DNA from: Planctomycetota bacterium
GTDB taxonomy: Bacteria > Planctomycetota > UBA1135 > UBA2386
DNA: 64,000 bases
Assembly (NCBI GenBank): GCA_965223545.1
Contig: OZ245006.1
Location: forward strand, 7,744,001 to 7,808,000
Direction: 5' to 3'
The notes beneath the pieces are model-generated. The model did not search any database. It was not told the origin of the DNA and worked only from the letters and a program-made list of their open reading frames with translations. Positions 40,766 through 48,957 of this stretch are shown one piece after another. The translations under genes and the position numbers were made by a program. How positions within the stretch are numbered: the first letter of the stretch is position 1; every line of letters starts with the position of its first letter.

Positions 40766-41527
40766 ATGGCGATTGACTTCCTGCAGATCGATCCGGAGTA
40801 CTTCGATCATCGCCGGTTCCGCGGCATCGGCTTCTGTGGCGTTGTTGCGTTTCAGTTTCTGCTGAAATCGCACAAGCGTAGACCCAACGACGGCATCGTC
40901 AGCGCCGACAGGGCGCACCCGGAGACCATCTGGTGTGGGATCTGCACGATCCAGGAAGGGGTCACTGTCGACGACGTCGCGTGTGCGATGCGCGTGCTGG
41001 CGGAGCGTGGTCTCATCGAGATCCTCGAAAACGGCTCCGTGTTCATCCCGGGCGTTGCCCGCTGGGGACAGAGGCTGTCCCCAGCCCAGACATCCTCTGA
41101 ACGGTCAAGGAAGTCCCGGTCGAGACCTGAACCAGTTGGTGGGCGAGATGCTGAAGAGGCGCCCACTTCTCGGCCATCTCCACCCAGAGAACAGCACCGG
41201 ACGCGCGGCAACAGCGGGACGAACGCAACGCAGTGGGACGCGATGGGACGGCTGGGACGTGTTGCAACGCGATGGGACGGTTGGGACGAACTGCAACGCG
41301 ATGGGACGGATGCAACGCGCGCAACGCTAGAACGAGAACGAGAGCTAGAACGACAGATGACCGGTACCGCCCTCCCTCGCGGTACCGCTAAGAAGGTGGT
41401 GGAGGTGGATATCCCCTCTCAGGTACGGAACGGCGTACCTAAACCACCCTCCGTACCTGACCCACCCCCACCCCCTTCACGCCAGACCGCAACAGGTCCA
41501 CCGCGTAACAGCCGGAGGTGCTCATGA
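40766..41527 (+). CDS. Phage replication initiator (replisome-organizer-like)
   Basis: wHTH-like N-terminus ending 'L.ERGLIEI..NGSVFI', 'TSSERSRKSR' motif, internal iteron-like repeats. Confidence 0.65.
   Translation: MAIDFLQIDPEYFDHRRFRGIGFCGVVAFQFLLKSHKRRPNDGIVSADRAHPETIWCGICTIQEGVTVDDVACAMRVLAERGLIEILENGSVFIPGVARWGQRLSPAQTSSERSRKSRSRPEPVGGRDAEEAPTSRPSPPREQHRTRGNSGTNATQWDAMGRLGRVATRWDGWDELQRDGTDATRATLERERELERQMTGTALPRGTAKKVVEVDIPSQVRNGVPKPPSVPDPPPPPSRQTATGPPRNSRRCS
41215..41353 (+). repeat. Iteron-like direct repeats (putative phage origin)
   Basis: TGGGACG x6 and GCAACG x5 at ~9-10 nt spacing, then AGAACGA x3. Confidence 0.7.
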
Positions 41528-42066
41528 GTGCGCTGGACGACATGCCGGCGTCGGCTGAGGCTCTGTACGAGCTGCTCACCGACCACGGCGTCCGAACGAT
41601 GCCGAGCGCGCGTCGCGAGCTGGCCGAGAGCCTGGCCGCTGCGGGCGCCTCCTTGGCGGCTGTACGGATCCTCAGCGAGCACGCGAGGCGATCGTGCCCC
41701 GGAGAGCCGGAGCAGGCTGCGCGCGCACTGGGGGCGATCCTCGGCTCTCGTGAGTGGCGTGCCGCGGCGGCTGACGTGGAGCGGTTCCGGTCGGCCGGAG
41801 GGTCGCGCGATCCGGACATCGAGCCAGGACAGCGCGACCGCGAGGACGGGACGGCGCAGATGCGCAACTACGCCGAGTGCGAGGACCGGCGCGTGCGGCA
41901 GGCGCATGCGATCGCGGTTGCGGACGGGTTCGGGGTCAAGCACGCGGCCACGGTCATGGGCGTCGACACCGAGGAGGTGCACCGGCTGCTGGAGGCGTAC
42001 GAGCGAGCGTATCCGCCGCCGCCGGTGGTGGAGCGACGGGCGTTGAGTTTGGAGCCGACGTCATGA
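41524..42066 (+). CDS. Phage hypothetical protein with C-terminal HTH-like motif
   Basis: 'GVKHAATVMGVDTEEVHRLL'. Confidence 0.55.
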   Translation: MSALDDMPASAEALYELLTDHGVRTMPSARRELAESLAAAGASLAAVRILSEHARRSCPGEPEQAARALGAILGSREWRAAAADVERFRSAGGSRDPDIEPGQRDREDGTAQMRNYAECEDRRVRQAHAIAVADGFGVKHAATVMGVDTEEVHRLLEAYERAYPPPPVVERRALSLEPTS

Positions 42067-42644
42067 CAGCGACGAGGACGTTCCGCGAGTTGCTTGTGCA
42101 ACACGACGCGTGCGAGGAGGCGATCGCCTGGGTCGGTGACCGGGACGAGCCGCAGGCGTGGGCGGAGTGTCCGCGCGGAGACTGGCTGTTGTGGTGGGCG
42201 CCAAGGGCTGGCGTCCCCGTGAGGCTCGTGGCCCGAGCTGCCGCGGCATGCTCAAGGCTTGGGAGCACTCTGATGCCGAAGGGAGACGACTTGGCGCGTG
42301 CCGCCATCGAGGCTGCGGAGGCATTCCACGAGAGTGGGTCGGCAGCTGCAAGGGCCACGGCCCTCAGAGCTGCTCGGGCGGCGAACACTGCGGCGATGAT
42401 CTACAACGCGACTGATAGCGCGGCTTTCGCTGCCAGCGCTACCGACATAGAAGGCGTTGGCCGAACGGCATCCAACGCCGCGGCTGCGGTAGCCCACGCC
42501 GCCTACTCCGCCCATCTTGCGAAGCTTGGCCGAATCGATCCGAGCGACGATGCCGTCGCAAAAAGCGTTCGCAGCGCGATGCGCCGACGCTGCGCCGATG
42601 TGGTGCGCTCGATGATTTCGCTTCCTGGGGGAGTCATGTCATGA
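42063..42644 (+). CDS. Phage Ala-rich hypothetical protein
   Basis: 'AC.EAI.W......AWAECPRGDWLLW'. Confidence 0.6.
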   Translation: MTATRTFRELLVQHDACEEAIAWVGDRDEPQAWAECPRGDWLLWWAPRAGVPVRLVARAAAACSRLGSTLMPKGDDLARAAIEAAEAFHESGSAAARATALRAARAANTAAMIYNATDSAAFAASATDIEGVGRTASNAAAAVAHAAYSAHLAKLGRIDPSDDAVAKSVRSAMRRRCADVVRSMISLPGGVMS

Positions 42645-42783
42645 CCATTGAGGCAACGTCGATCGCACTCGCATTCATGCTTGGCTACATCGCCTGCGCC
42701 TGGCGCTACGCCGCGGGCCTGCGCGTTGCATTGCGTGACTCCCGGCAACCAGGCGCCAAGCTCATGGTCGCGAGGAGGGCGCG

Positions 42784-43167
42784 GTGAACGACTTCCAACG
42801 CGAACTCGCACGGGCCATCGCGCTGAAGTCGCCGCCTTGGGAGACGCCGGAGCAGTTCTGGGCCGAGTGCCCGGATCCGATGCGGATGCTGATGTGGGCG
42901 CGCCATCGCGGTGTGAGCATCGAGCGCATCACGTTGGCGATTGCTGACATCGAGGGCATCGCGCAGGTCCTAGTGCCGGACGAGGAGCTGGCGAAGGTCG
43001 CCGATGTGCAAGCGCTGCCGGAGGGTGGCCAGCGGAGAGCTGCGGCGACGAACCTGCAGCACCGGCTCGAGCGCATCATGGCGCGGGCGGGTCAAGGCGA
43101 GATCAAACGCATCGCGCGCGAGATGTGTGGCGCTGTGCGGAAGCGGATCCCGGAGGCGCCGCGGTGA
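42784..43167 (+). CDS. Phage hypothetical protein related to the previous ORF
   Basis: 'FWAECPDPMRMLMW...CGAVRKRIP'. Confidence 0.55.
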   Translation: MNDFQRELARAIALKSPPWETPEQFWAECPDPMRMLMWARHRGVSIERITLAIADIEGIAQVLVPDEELAKVADVQALPEGGQRRAAATNLQHRLERIMARAGQGEIKRIAREMCGAVRKRIPEAPR

Positions 43168-43553
43168 AGCCGGTCAACATCATCGGCCGCTTGCCGCTCA
43201 AGAGCGACGAGTCATGGACCTTGGACAAGGCGCGGGTCGAGTGCGTGCGCCGCGGCTGGTGGTTTGAGGCCACCACTTGGACTGAGCGGTTCCCGTTGCC
43301 TGGCGGTGGCTACCGCACGGTGACGCGGGACCTTCTCGGATTCGTCGATGCGCTGGCCGCTACGGGCAGCGGCACGGTCGCGATTCAGGTGACGTCGCGG
43401 AGTCATGTCGCGGACCGGGCGAGCAAAGCGCTCGCGTCTCCGCGACTAGAGTTCGTTCGCCAGGCTGGCTGGCGACTGGTGGTGTGGGGCTTCGAGCGCT
43501 CGTCGGGCGAGTGCTGGGAGCGGGTCTTAGTGGAGGGGATCTTGTGTGGCTGA
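43164..43553 (+). CDS. PD-(D/E)XK nuclease, putative Holliday junction resolvase
   Basis: 'DLLGFVDALA......AIQVTS...GW.LVVWG'. Confidence 0.65.
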   Translation: MKPVNIIGRLPLKSDESWTLDKARVECVRRGWWFEATTWTERFPLPGGGYRTVTRDLLGFVDALAATGSGTVAIQVTSRSHVADRASKALASPRLEFVRQAGWRLVVWGFERSSGECWERVLVEGILCG

Positions 43554-44539
43554 TCCCCTCCGACACCTCGACGTGTGTGCCGGAATCGGCGGCTTCAGCC
43601 TCGGGCTCAAGCTCGCGCTCGGAGATTCCGTCCGGACTGTGGGCTACGTCGAGCGGGAAGCCTTCTGCGCGTCCATCCTCCTGGCGCGGATGGGCGAACA
43701 GGCCCTGGATCGCGCACGTGTGTGGTGCGCGCCGATCGAAGAGTTGGACGGAAGCGAGCTGCGAGGACAGGTCGACATCTTCACCGCCGGGTTCCCGTGC
43801 CAGCCATTCAGCTGCGCGGGCAAGCGACGAGGGATGGCCGACGAGCGCGCCATCTGGCCAGCGATCAGGGATCTCGTCGCCGCAGTGGAGCCAGCTTGCG
43901 TCTTCCTGGAGAACGTCGACGCCGAGTCTTTTCGAGCGCCATGGCGGGACCTTCGAGACATGGGTTTCGAGCTGCCGCCGCCCGTGTGCATCGAAGGCGA
44001 AGACGTTGGCGCCCCCGTCGGGCGTGCGCGGTGGTTCGCGCTGGTCGTCTCCGACCGCTGGCGACAGCAAGCAGAGCGGATCCGCTGCCTACGCAGACAA
44101 AAACCCGAAGGCGGGTACGACGCTAACGGATGCGGTGAGGCGGTGGCCAGCACCGACGGCATGCCTGCGCAGCAGCAACCGCGGGGGCGGCGACAGCGCC
44201 GATCCGCGTGGCTGGAGCAGGAACGGCCCGGAGCGACCGCCCCTTGTGGGGATGGGTGCGAAGTGGGCGGCGCCGACGAGCCGCGACGCGAAGGGGGCTT
44301 GGTCGACGGGGCATGGCTCCGACCTTGGCCGCCAGCTCGCGCAGGCGGGGAGTGGGCCGAGTGGCCAGCGGAGCTCCGAGCTGAGTGGCTCGACTACATC
44401 GCGGCGGGTGGCCCTCAACCCGGAGTTCGACGAGGTGCTGATAGGGTTCCCGCGAGGGTGGACGGATGGGCGGACAGGATCCGAGCGATCGGCAACAGCG
44501 TCTGTCCGCAGATGGTGGCAGCAGCATGGAAGGGATTGA
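43544..44539 (+). CDS. Overlapping-frame protein with MTase TRD-like repeats and motif IX
   Basis: Stop-free frame over the whole MTase gene; 'WSSPTAGDSK', 'WAAPTSRDAK', 'LNPEFDEVLIGFPRGWT'. Confidence 0.6.
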   Translation: MWLIPSDTSTCVPESAASASGSSSRSEIPSGLWATSSGKPSARPSSWRGWANRPWIAHVCGARRSKSWTEASCEDRSTSSPPGSRASHSAARASDEGWPTSAPSGQRSGISSPQWSQLASSWRTSTPSLFERHGGTFETWVSSCRRPCASKAKTLAPPSGVRGGSRWSSPTAGDSKQSGSAAYADKNPKAGTTLTDAVRRWPAPTACLRSSNRGGGDSADPRGWSRNGPERPPLVGMGAKWAAPTSRDAKGAWSTGHGSDLGRQLAQAGSGPSGQRSSELSGSTTSRRVALNPEFDEVLIGFPRGWTDGRTGSERSATASVRRWWQQHGRD

Positions 44540-44544
44540 CGTGA
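43546..44544 (+). CDS. C5-cytosine DNA methyltransferase (motifs I-VIII and X)
   Basis: 'LDVCAGIGG', 'AGFPCQPFS', 'FLENV', 'RARWF', 'RIRAIGNSV'. Confidence 0.9.
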   Translation: MADPLRHLDVCAGIGGFSLGLKLALGDSVRTVGYVEREAFCASILLARMGEQALDRARVWCAPIEELDGSELRGQVDIFTAGFPCQPFSCAGKRRGMADERAIWPAIRDLVAAVEPACVFLENVDAESFRAPWRDLRDMGFELPPPVCIEGEDVGAPVGRARWFALVVSDRWRQQAERIRCLRRQKPEGGYDANGCGEAVASTDGMPAQQQPRGRRQRRSAWLEQERPGATAPCGDGCEVGGADEPRREGGLVDGAWLRPWPPARAGGEWAEWPAELRAEWLDYIAAGGPQPGVRRGADRVPARVDGWADRIRAIGNSVCPQMVAAAWKGLT

Positions 44545-45728
44545 GACGTTTCAGTTGGAAGTGTGAGTTTGCTCTCGGGGAAGCTCTGTTCTTGATCGTG
44601 GCCGTGGTCGCGGCGATCGCATCGGTGGCCTACCTGTCCGGTTGCGCGACCGGACCGACGCAGCTCGAGCAATTTCGCGCCGCGATTGGCGCTGACGCTC
44701 CGAATGCGCGACTGCGCGCCGCGGTGGCCCTACCGCCGTACGCGTTCTGCGGTCGGTTCGACGTGCTCGGCCGATGCACACTGATCGGCGGCATGATGCG
44801 CGAGAACGGCGAGCTGACGACCGAGGGCGACACGCTGCATCCCGCGGGACACGGCGGCGACCCGTTCGTCTGGCGCGAGGGCGAGCTGTACCGGATGGAC
44901 TTCCAGCATCCGGTCTATGACCGCGAGCTACGGCGTTGGCCGACCGCGATCGCGCACACGACTTCGACCGATGGACTGCGGTGGACACCGCCGAAGCTGA
45001 TCCGCAAGCCGATCTATCACGAGGACGGCAACCCGCAGCCGACGCAATTCGAGACGCCGGCGCACGCGGAGATCGCGGGGCAGCACGTGCGCGCTCTGCT
45101 GACGTACCGGTACGAGGGACGCTGGAGCCGACGCGACTCGGTGACGCTGTGGGCGTCGCGAGATGTGTTGGGACCGCTTGAGCAGTTCGGCTCGCCGCTA
45201 TCGCCCGAGCTTGCATGGGAGCAGCCATGGCTTGACCCGGATGGGGATCTGGTCGGTGGCGTGCAAGAGCCGACGTTCCTCGGGCCGTTCGGGCCGTGGG
45301 TGATCGTTGTCTATGGCGCTGTGACGTACGGCAAAGGGTTCGTGCCGAGCATCGGGCTCGCGGGCACACCGGACGGTGGGCAGACCTGGGTTCGGTTGCC
45401 GGACCCGATCATCCCCGACGGCGGACAGCCGCATGCGTTCCGCGATCCGCGCGGCGGATTCCACCTGTTCTGGCAGATGCGGGACGGGCCGCGGTACGAG
45501 GTGCACCACGCGTTCAGCGCGGGCAACCTGGCGCAGTGGCATCTCAATCCGGCGAATCCGGTGCTCGCGAGCGGTGGGCCGGACTGGCTCGGGCGGATCA
45601 CGGCGCCTTCTGTGCTCATCGAGGAGCGCGAGGGGCGCTGGGTGTGGCGGATGTGGTTCTTTGGTCATCCCGACGAGGATGAGCGGACCAAGTGGATCGG
45701 TGCGGCCGATTGGGTCGGTCGCCCGTAG
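44541..45728 (+). CDS. Lipoprotein-like five-bladed beta-propeller (GH32/43/130-like fold)
   Basis: TM + 'LSGC'; 'GDPFV', 'STDGLRW', 'EPTF', 'PDGGQTW', 'NPANPVL'. Confidence 0.6.
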   Translation: MRRFSWKCEFALGEALFLIVAVVAAIASVAYLSGCATGPTQLEQFRAAIGADAPNARLRAAVALPPYAFCGRFDVLGRCTLIGGMMRENGELTTEGDTLHPAGHGGDPFVWREGELYRMDFQHPVYDRELRRWPTAIAHTTSTDGLRWTPPKLIRKPIYHEDGNPQPTQFETPAHAEIAGQHVRALLTYRYEGRWSRRDSVTLWASRDVLGPLEQFGSPLSPELAWEQPWLDPDGDLVGGVQEPTFLGPFGPWVIVVYGAVTYGKGFVPSIGLAGTPDGGQTWVRLPDPIIPDGGQPHAFRDPRGGFHLFWQMRDGPRYEVHHAFSAGNLAQWHLNPANPVLASGGPDWLGRITAPSVLIEEREGRWVWRMWFFGHPDEDERTKWIGAADWVGRP

Positions 45729-45749
45729 GCGTTTGTGGAGGGGTGAGCG

Positions 45750-46610
45750 ATGTTGAGTGGACAGGTGACGGTGCTTCGGCACTGGGACGATGGTGTGCGG
45801 CTCCGGACGACGGTGCCGGGGATTCCGGATGCAGATTGTGCGCTGCGGTTCTTCCGTGGCAGTGGCAGCAACTCAGGCACGGTCATGCTGCACAGCGGGA
45901 CCACGGGGGCCGAGTACATCAGCTCGTCGCCCGAGGGCTTGGAGTTCGTGGCCAACCTGATCGTTAGGGGCTACACGGTCGTCGACCGCAAGTGGCTCGG
46001 GGGATGGTTCGCGGCCGGCTACTCGATCCGTGAGGCGGCGCAGCGAGGTGCGTTGGTCGCCGATTGGGTCATGACGACCGGTGGAACCGGCGGCGGGCTG
46101 CAGGGGCCGTTCCGGGCATACGGCAACTCAGGCGGTGCAGCGGAGGTCGCCTACGGCTTGACCTCGTACGGCATGGGCGATCGCTGGGACCGGGTCGTGC
46201 TTGGCGGTGGGCCACCGATGACGCGACTGCAGTACCTCTGCGCGAGCCCGCCGCCGGCGGCTTGGCTGCAGGAGGCTGAGGCCGCGCTGCAGCCGTACGC
46301 GTCGCAGTTCACCTGCAGCCCGATGACCTGGACGGATCCTGCGACCGTGGTTTGCCCGGTCATCAGCGGCGTTGCGCCTGGTGCTCTGGCTGAGGCGAGC
46401 GTGTTGCATCCGGGGGCGACAACTTCGTTCGGGTGCGAGGTGTCGATGCTGCTCGGGAGCAACGACTGCACGGTTGCAACTCCGCAAGCGGCGGTGTTCT
46501 TCACGGCGATCTCGAGCGCGAAGACGATCTCGATCGTGCCGGGTGGCGAGCACTTCATGCCGGCGACGGCTGGGGGGCGGGCTGCGATCCTGGCCGAGGT
46601 GGATCGGTGA
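45750..46610 (+). CDS. Alpha/beta-hydrolase fold protein
   Basis: Nucleophile elbow 'GNSGG', 'GSND', 'PGGEH'. Confidence 0.7.
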   Translation: MLSGQVTVLRHWDDGVRLRTTVPGIPDADCALRFFRGSGSNSGTVMLHSGTTGAEYISSSPEGLEFVANLIVRGYTVVDRKWLGGWFAAGYSIREAAQRGALVADWVMTTGGTGGGLQGPFRAYGNSGGAAEVAYGLTSYGMGDRWDRVVLGGGPPMTRLQYLCASPPPAAWLQEAEAALQPYASQFTCSPMTWTDPATVVCPVISGVAPGALAEASVLHPGATTSFGCEVSMLLGSNDCTVATPQAAVFFTAISSAKTISIVPGGEHFMPATAGGRAAILAEVDR

Positions 46611-46669
46611 GCGGGAGAGTGCATGCATCGCCACTCGCGCGAGTGCATGCAATTTTCTTCGCCGATCTA

Positions 46670-46719
46670 TTGCGCTGCTCACACCACTTCAGTAGAAGTG
46701 GATGAGGCGAACTTTCGCC
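46670..46719 (+). promoter_or_regulatory. Putative sigma70 promoter with operator-like palindromes upstream of the RAMP gene
   Basis: TTGCGC-17 nt-TAGAAG; CCACTTC-4-GAAGTGG overlaps the -10; GGCGAA-CT-TTCGCC downstream. Confidence 0.45.
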
Positions 46720-46775
46720 ATGTTCGGCGGCCTTGCACCACACGGGGCCGTCAACCACGAACACAGGAACAAGTG

Positions 46776-47342
46776 ATGAAAACTTGCACGGTTACGTTGC
46801 GGGGTGCCTCACCCTATTCGCAGTCCCGGCCCTTCCAGACCGAGATCGGCCCGAAGGAGTCGCACGAGGCGTTCGAAAAGCGCTGCTGGAGCGAGCGGCT
46901 CCACAAGAACGGCAACGGCGACGTCATCATTCCGCCGACGAGCCTCAAGGACTGTCTTTGGCAGGGCGCGAAGTACCTGTCAATCAAGAAGAAGGGGCAG
47001 CAGACATGGACCAAACACTTCCGATCCGGAGTGATGGTCGTCGTCGCTCCGGTCTTGACGGTCAAGGCAGATGAGGTAGAGGGTGAGTGGCTGTTCCTGA
47101 ATGCCGATGGCAAGAAGGGCTCTGGCACTCGCGTTTGGCGCTGCTACCCGAAGATCCCGGAGGGATGGCAGACGAACGTCTCGTTCGTGGTTCTGGACGA
47201 CGAGATCACTCAGGACATCTTCTTCCGCGTTCTGCGGGAATCCGGGATGCTGATCGGCATTGGTAGGTTTCGGCCGGAGAACGGGGGCTACTACGGTCGG
47301 TTCGACTTCGATCCGAAAGAGGCCCAGTGGGTCGAGGGCTAG
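46776..47342 (+). CDS. Stand-alone Cas7/RAMP-like protein (188 aa)
   Basis: N-terminal strand 'TVTLRGASP', 'IIPPTSLKDCL', 'RCYPKI', terminal G-rich loop 'GIGRFRPENGGYYGRF'. Confidence 0.75.
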   Translation: MKTCTVTLRGASPYSQSRPFQTEIGPKESHEAFEKRCWSERLHKNGNGDVIIPPTSLKDCLWQGAKYLSIKKKGQQTWTKHFRSGVMVVVAPVLTVKADEVEGEWLFLNADGKKGSGTRVWRCYPKIPEGWQTNVSFVVLDDEITQDIFFRVLRESGMLIGIGRFRPENGGYYGRFDFDPKEAQWVEG

Positions 47343-47345
47343 TTT

Positions 47346-47668
47346 CGCAACGCCTCGCGACGCTGCGCCGCGCCACGCCGCGCATCGCACCGCACCGCGT
47401 CGCACCGCTCCGCTTCGCCCCGCTTCGCGGCGCAACTCCATGCAACGATCCAGCTTCCCGCCGCACCGCGGCGCCTCGCCGCGCACCGCCCCGCCGACCC
47501 CACATCGCTCCGTACCGCACCGCGGCACATCACAGCTCTACTCGACGCAACGCAACGAACTGACCCAAGCGATTTTCCAACACGTCGCCACGCGCCACGA
47601 CGCGTTGCGCTTCAACGCGACGCTACTCAACGCCACACCACTTATCGCGACGCTCCGCAACTCAACGT
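47346..47668 (+). ncRNA. (CGC-NN)n pentamer array 1, three units; putative guide RNAs
   Basis: 18 consecutive perfect CGC-NN at 47346-47435; units 47346-47448, 47462-47558, 47581-47668, each ending in an xxC-AA-CG motif; RNA role inferred. Confidence 0.7.
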
Positions 47669-47696
47669 CTTTCTACCCGCAAGGGAGGGCCTAGCA

Positions 47697-48224
47697 ATGA
47701 CCGAGACCAGAGTCGAGCTGAAGGGCAAGAAGAGCCCGATTCACCCGCCGCACCCGGATACGCGAATCCTGGTGGAGAAACTGCGTGCCATCGAGCCGGG
47801 GGCGACCGTCACCTACTCCGAGATTGCAGAGTGGGTCGGTCGCGATCCGCAAAAGCAGCGAGGTCCGCTTGTCTCCGCGATGCGACGGTTGCTGCAGGAG
47901 GGCATCCGTTACGTCAGCGTCAAGAACGTGGGCGTCCAACGCTATACCAGCAGCCAGATCGTCAACCAGGATCTGCTGAAGGCGACGGTCAAGATCGGCC
48001 GGGCTGCTCGGCGCGCTGTTGCGGTCGCAGCAAACTGCGTTGACGTCACGAAACTGAGCCCGGACGAGCGCCGCGACTTGGAGGCGCGGAACTCGGTGCT
48101 CTACTTCGCGGCGAAGGGAACCAGTCAGAGCTTCGTCAAGCGCTTGCGCGAGCACGTTCCGGAGAGCTTGGAGGCGCTGCCGTTGTCGCGGACGCTGGAG
48201 GTTTTTCGGGAGACTCAGTCCTGA
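47697..48224 (+). CDS. Winged-HTH-like DNA-binding protein between the two arrays
   Basis: 'PGATVTYSEIAEWVG' helix-turn-helix; GGAGG RBS. Confidence 0.65.
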   Translation: MTETRVELKGKKSPIHPPHPDTRILVEKLRAIEPGATVTYSEIAEWVGRDPQKQRGPLVSAMRRLLQEGIRYVSVKNVGVQRYTSSQIVNQDLLKATVKIGRAARRAVAVAANCVDVTKLSPDERRDLEARNSVLYFAAKGTSQSFVKRLREHVPESLEALPLSRTLEVFRETQS

Positions 48225-48228
48225 CCTC

Positions 48229-48939
48229 TACCACGCTTCGCGGCGCTCCGCAGCGCTTCGCGCCGCAACGTGACGCTCTGCCTCGCAACGCTTCGCATCG
48301 CAACCCCTCTTTTTTCCACGCATCGCCCTGCCGTGCCCTGCATCGCTCCACACCGCACCTTGGCACATCGCAGCGCTACGCAACGCGACCGACAAACCAA
48401 CTCACACAACCTGCAGCATTCCACAGCGCCCCGCGTCGCAGCTCTCCGCGCCGCTCCGCAGTGCCGCGCAGCACTGCACTTCGCGTCGCATTGCTCCGCA
48501 ACTCACCGCAACGATTCTCATCTTCTCGCCGCCGCTCCCCTCGACGCGCTGCATCGCTTCGTGGCGCATCGCAGCGCTCCGCGGCGCGCTGCAACGCTCC
48601 GCAACGATTCCATCTTCCCGACGCCACGCCTCACGACTCACCGCCCCGCTTCGCGTCATATCGCATCGCCTCGCCGTTCCACGCATCGCTCCTCGACGCA
48701 GCGCTCGGCGCCGCAACGTTTCAGCCCCCCAATACATCTACTTCGCAGTGCGCTGCACTGCTTCGCTCCGCAACACTACGTGGCGCATCGCTTCGCTCCG
48801 CAGCACTACGCAACGATTTGGCTTCCGTCGACGCGCTGCATCGCTCCGCCCCATTACGCCGTGCTCCGCTTCGCCGCGCTCTTCTCCGCTCCGCTACTCG
48901 TCGCAGCGCACCTTATCGCGACTCAACTCAACGCAACTT
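48229..48939 (+). ncRNA. (CGC-NN)n pentamer array 2, seven units; putative guide RNAs
   Basis: Units 48229-48303, 48314-48388, 48412-48514, 48525-48607, 48617-48719, 48739-48816, 48827-48939, separated by G-poor linkers; RNA role inferred. Confidence 0.7.
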
Positions 48940-48957
48940 CTTGGGGGGTGATCTCGG

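Noticed and set aside
41215..41353. Third guide array
   Set aside because: 9-10 nt period of fixed heptamers inside a CDS; fits iterons better
47346..48939. Pentamer arrays as a CRISPR array
   Set aside because: No 23-47 nt identical repeats with unique spacers, and no cas1/cas2; the period is 5 nt
47346..48939. Arrays as a simple microsatellite or assembly artefact
   Set aside because: NN positions are diverse, units have defined ends, and NN strings are conserved between units with different scaffolds
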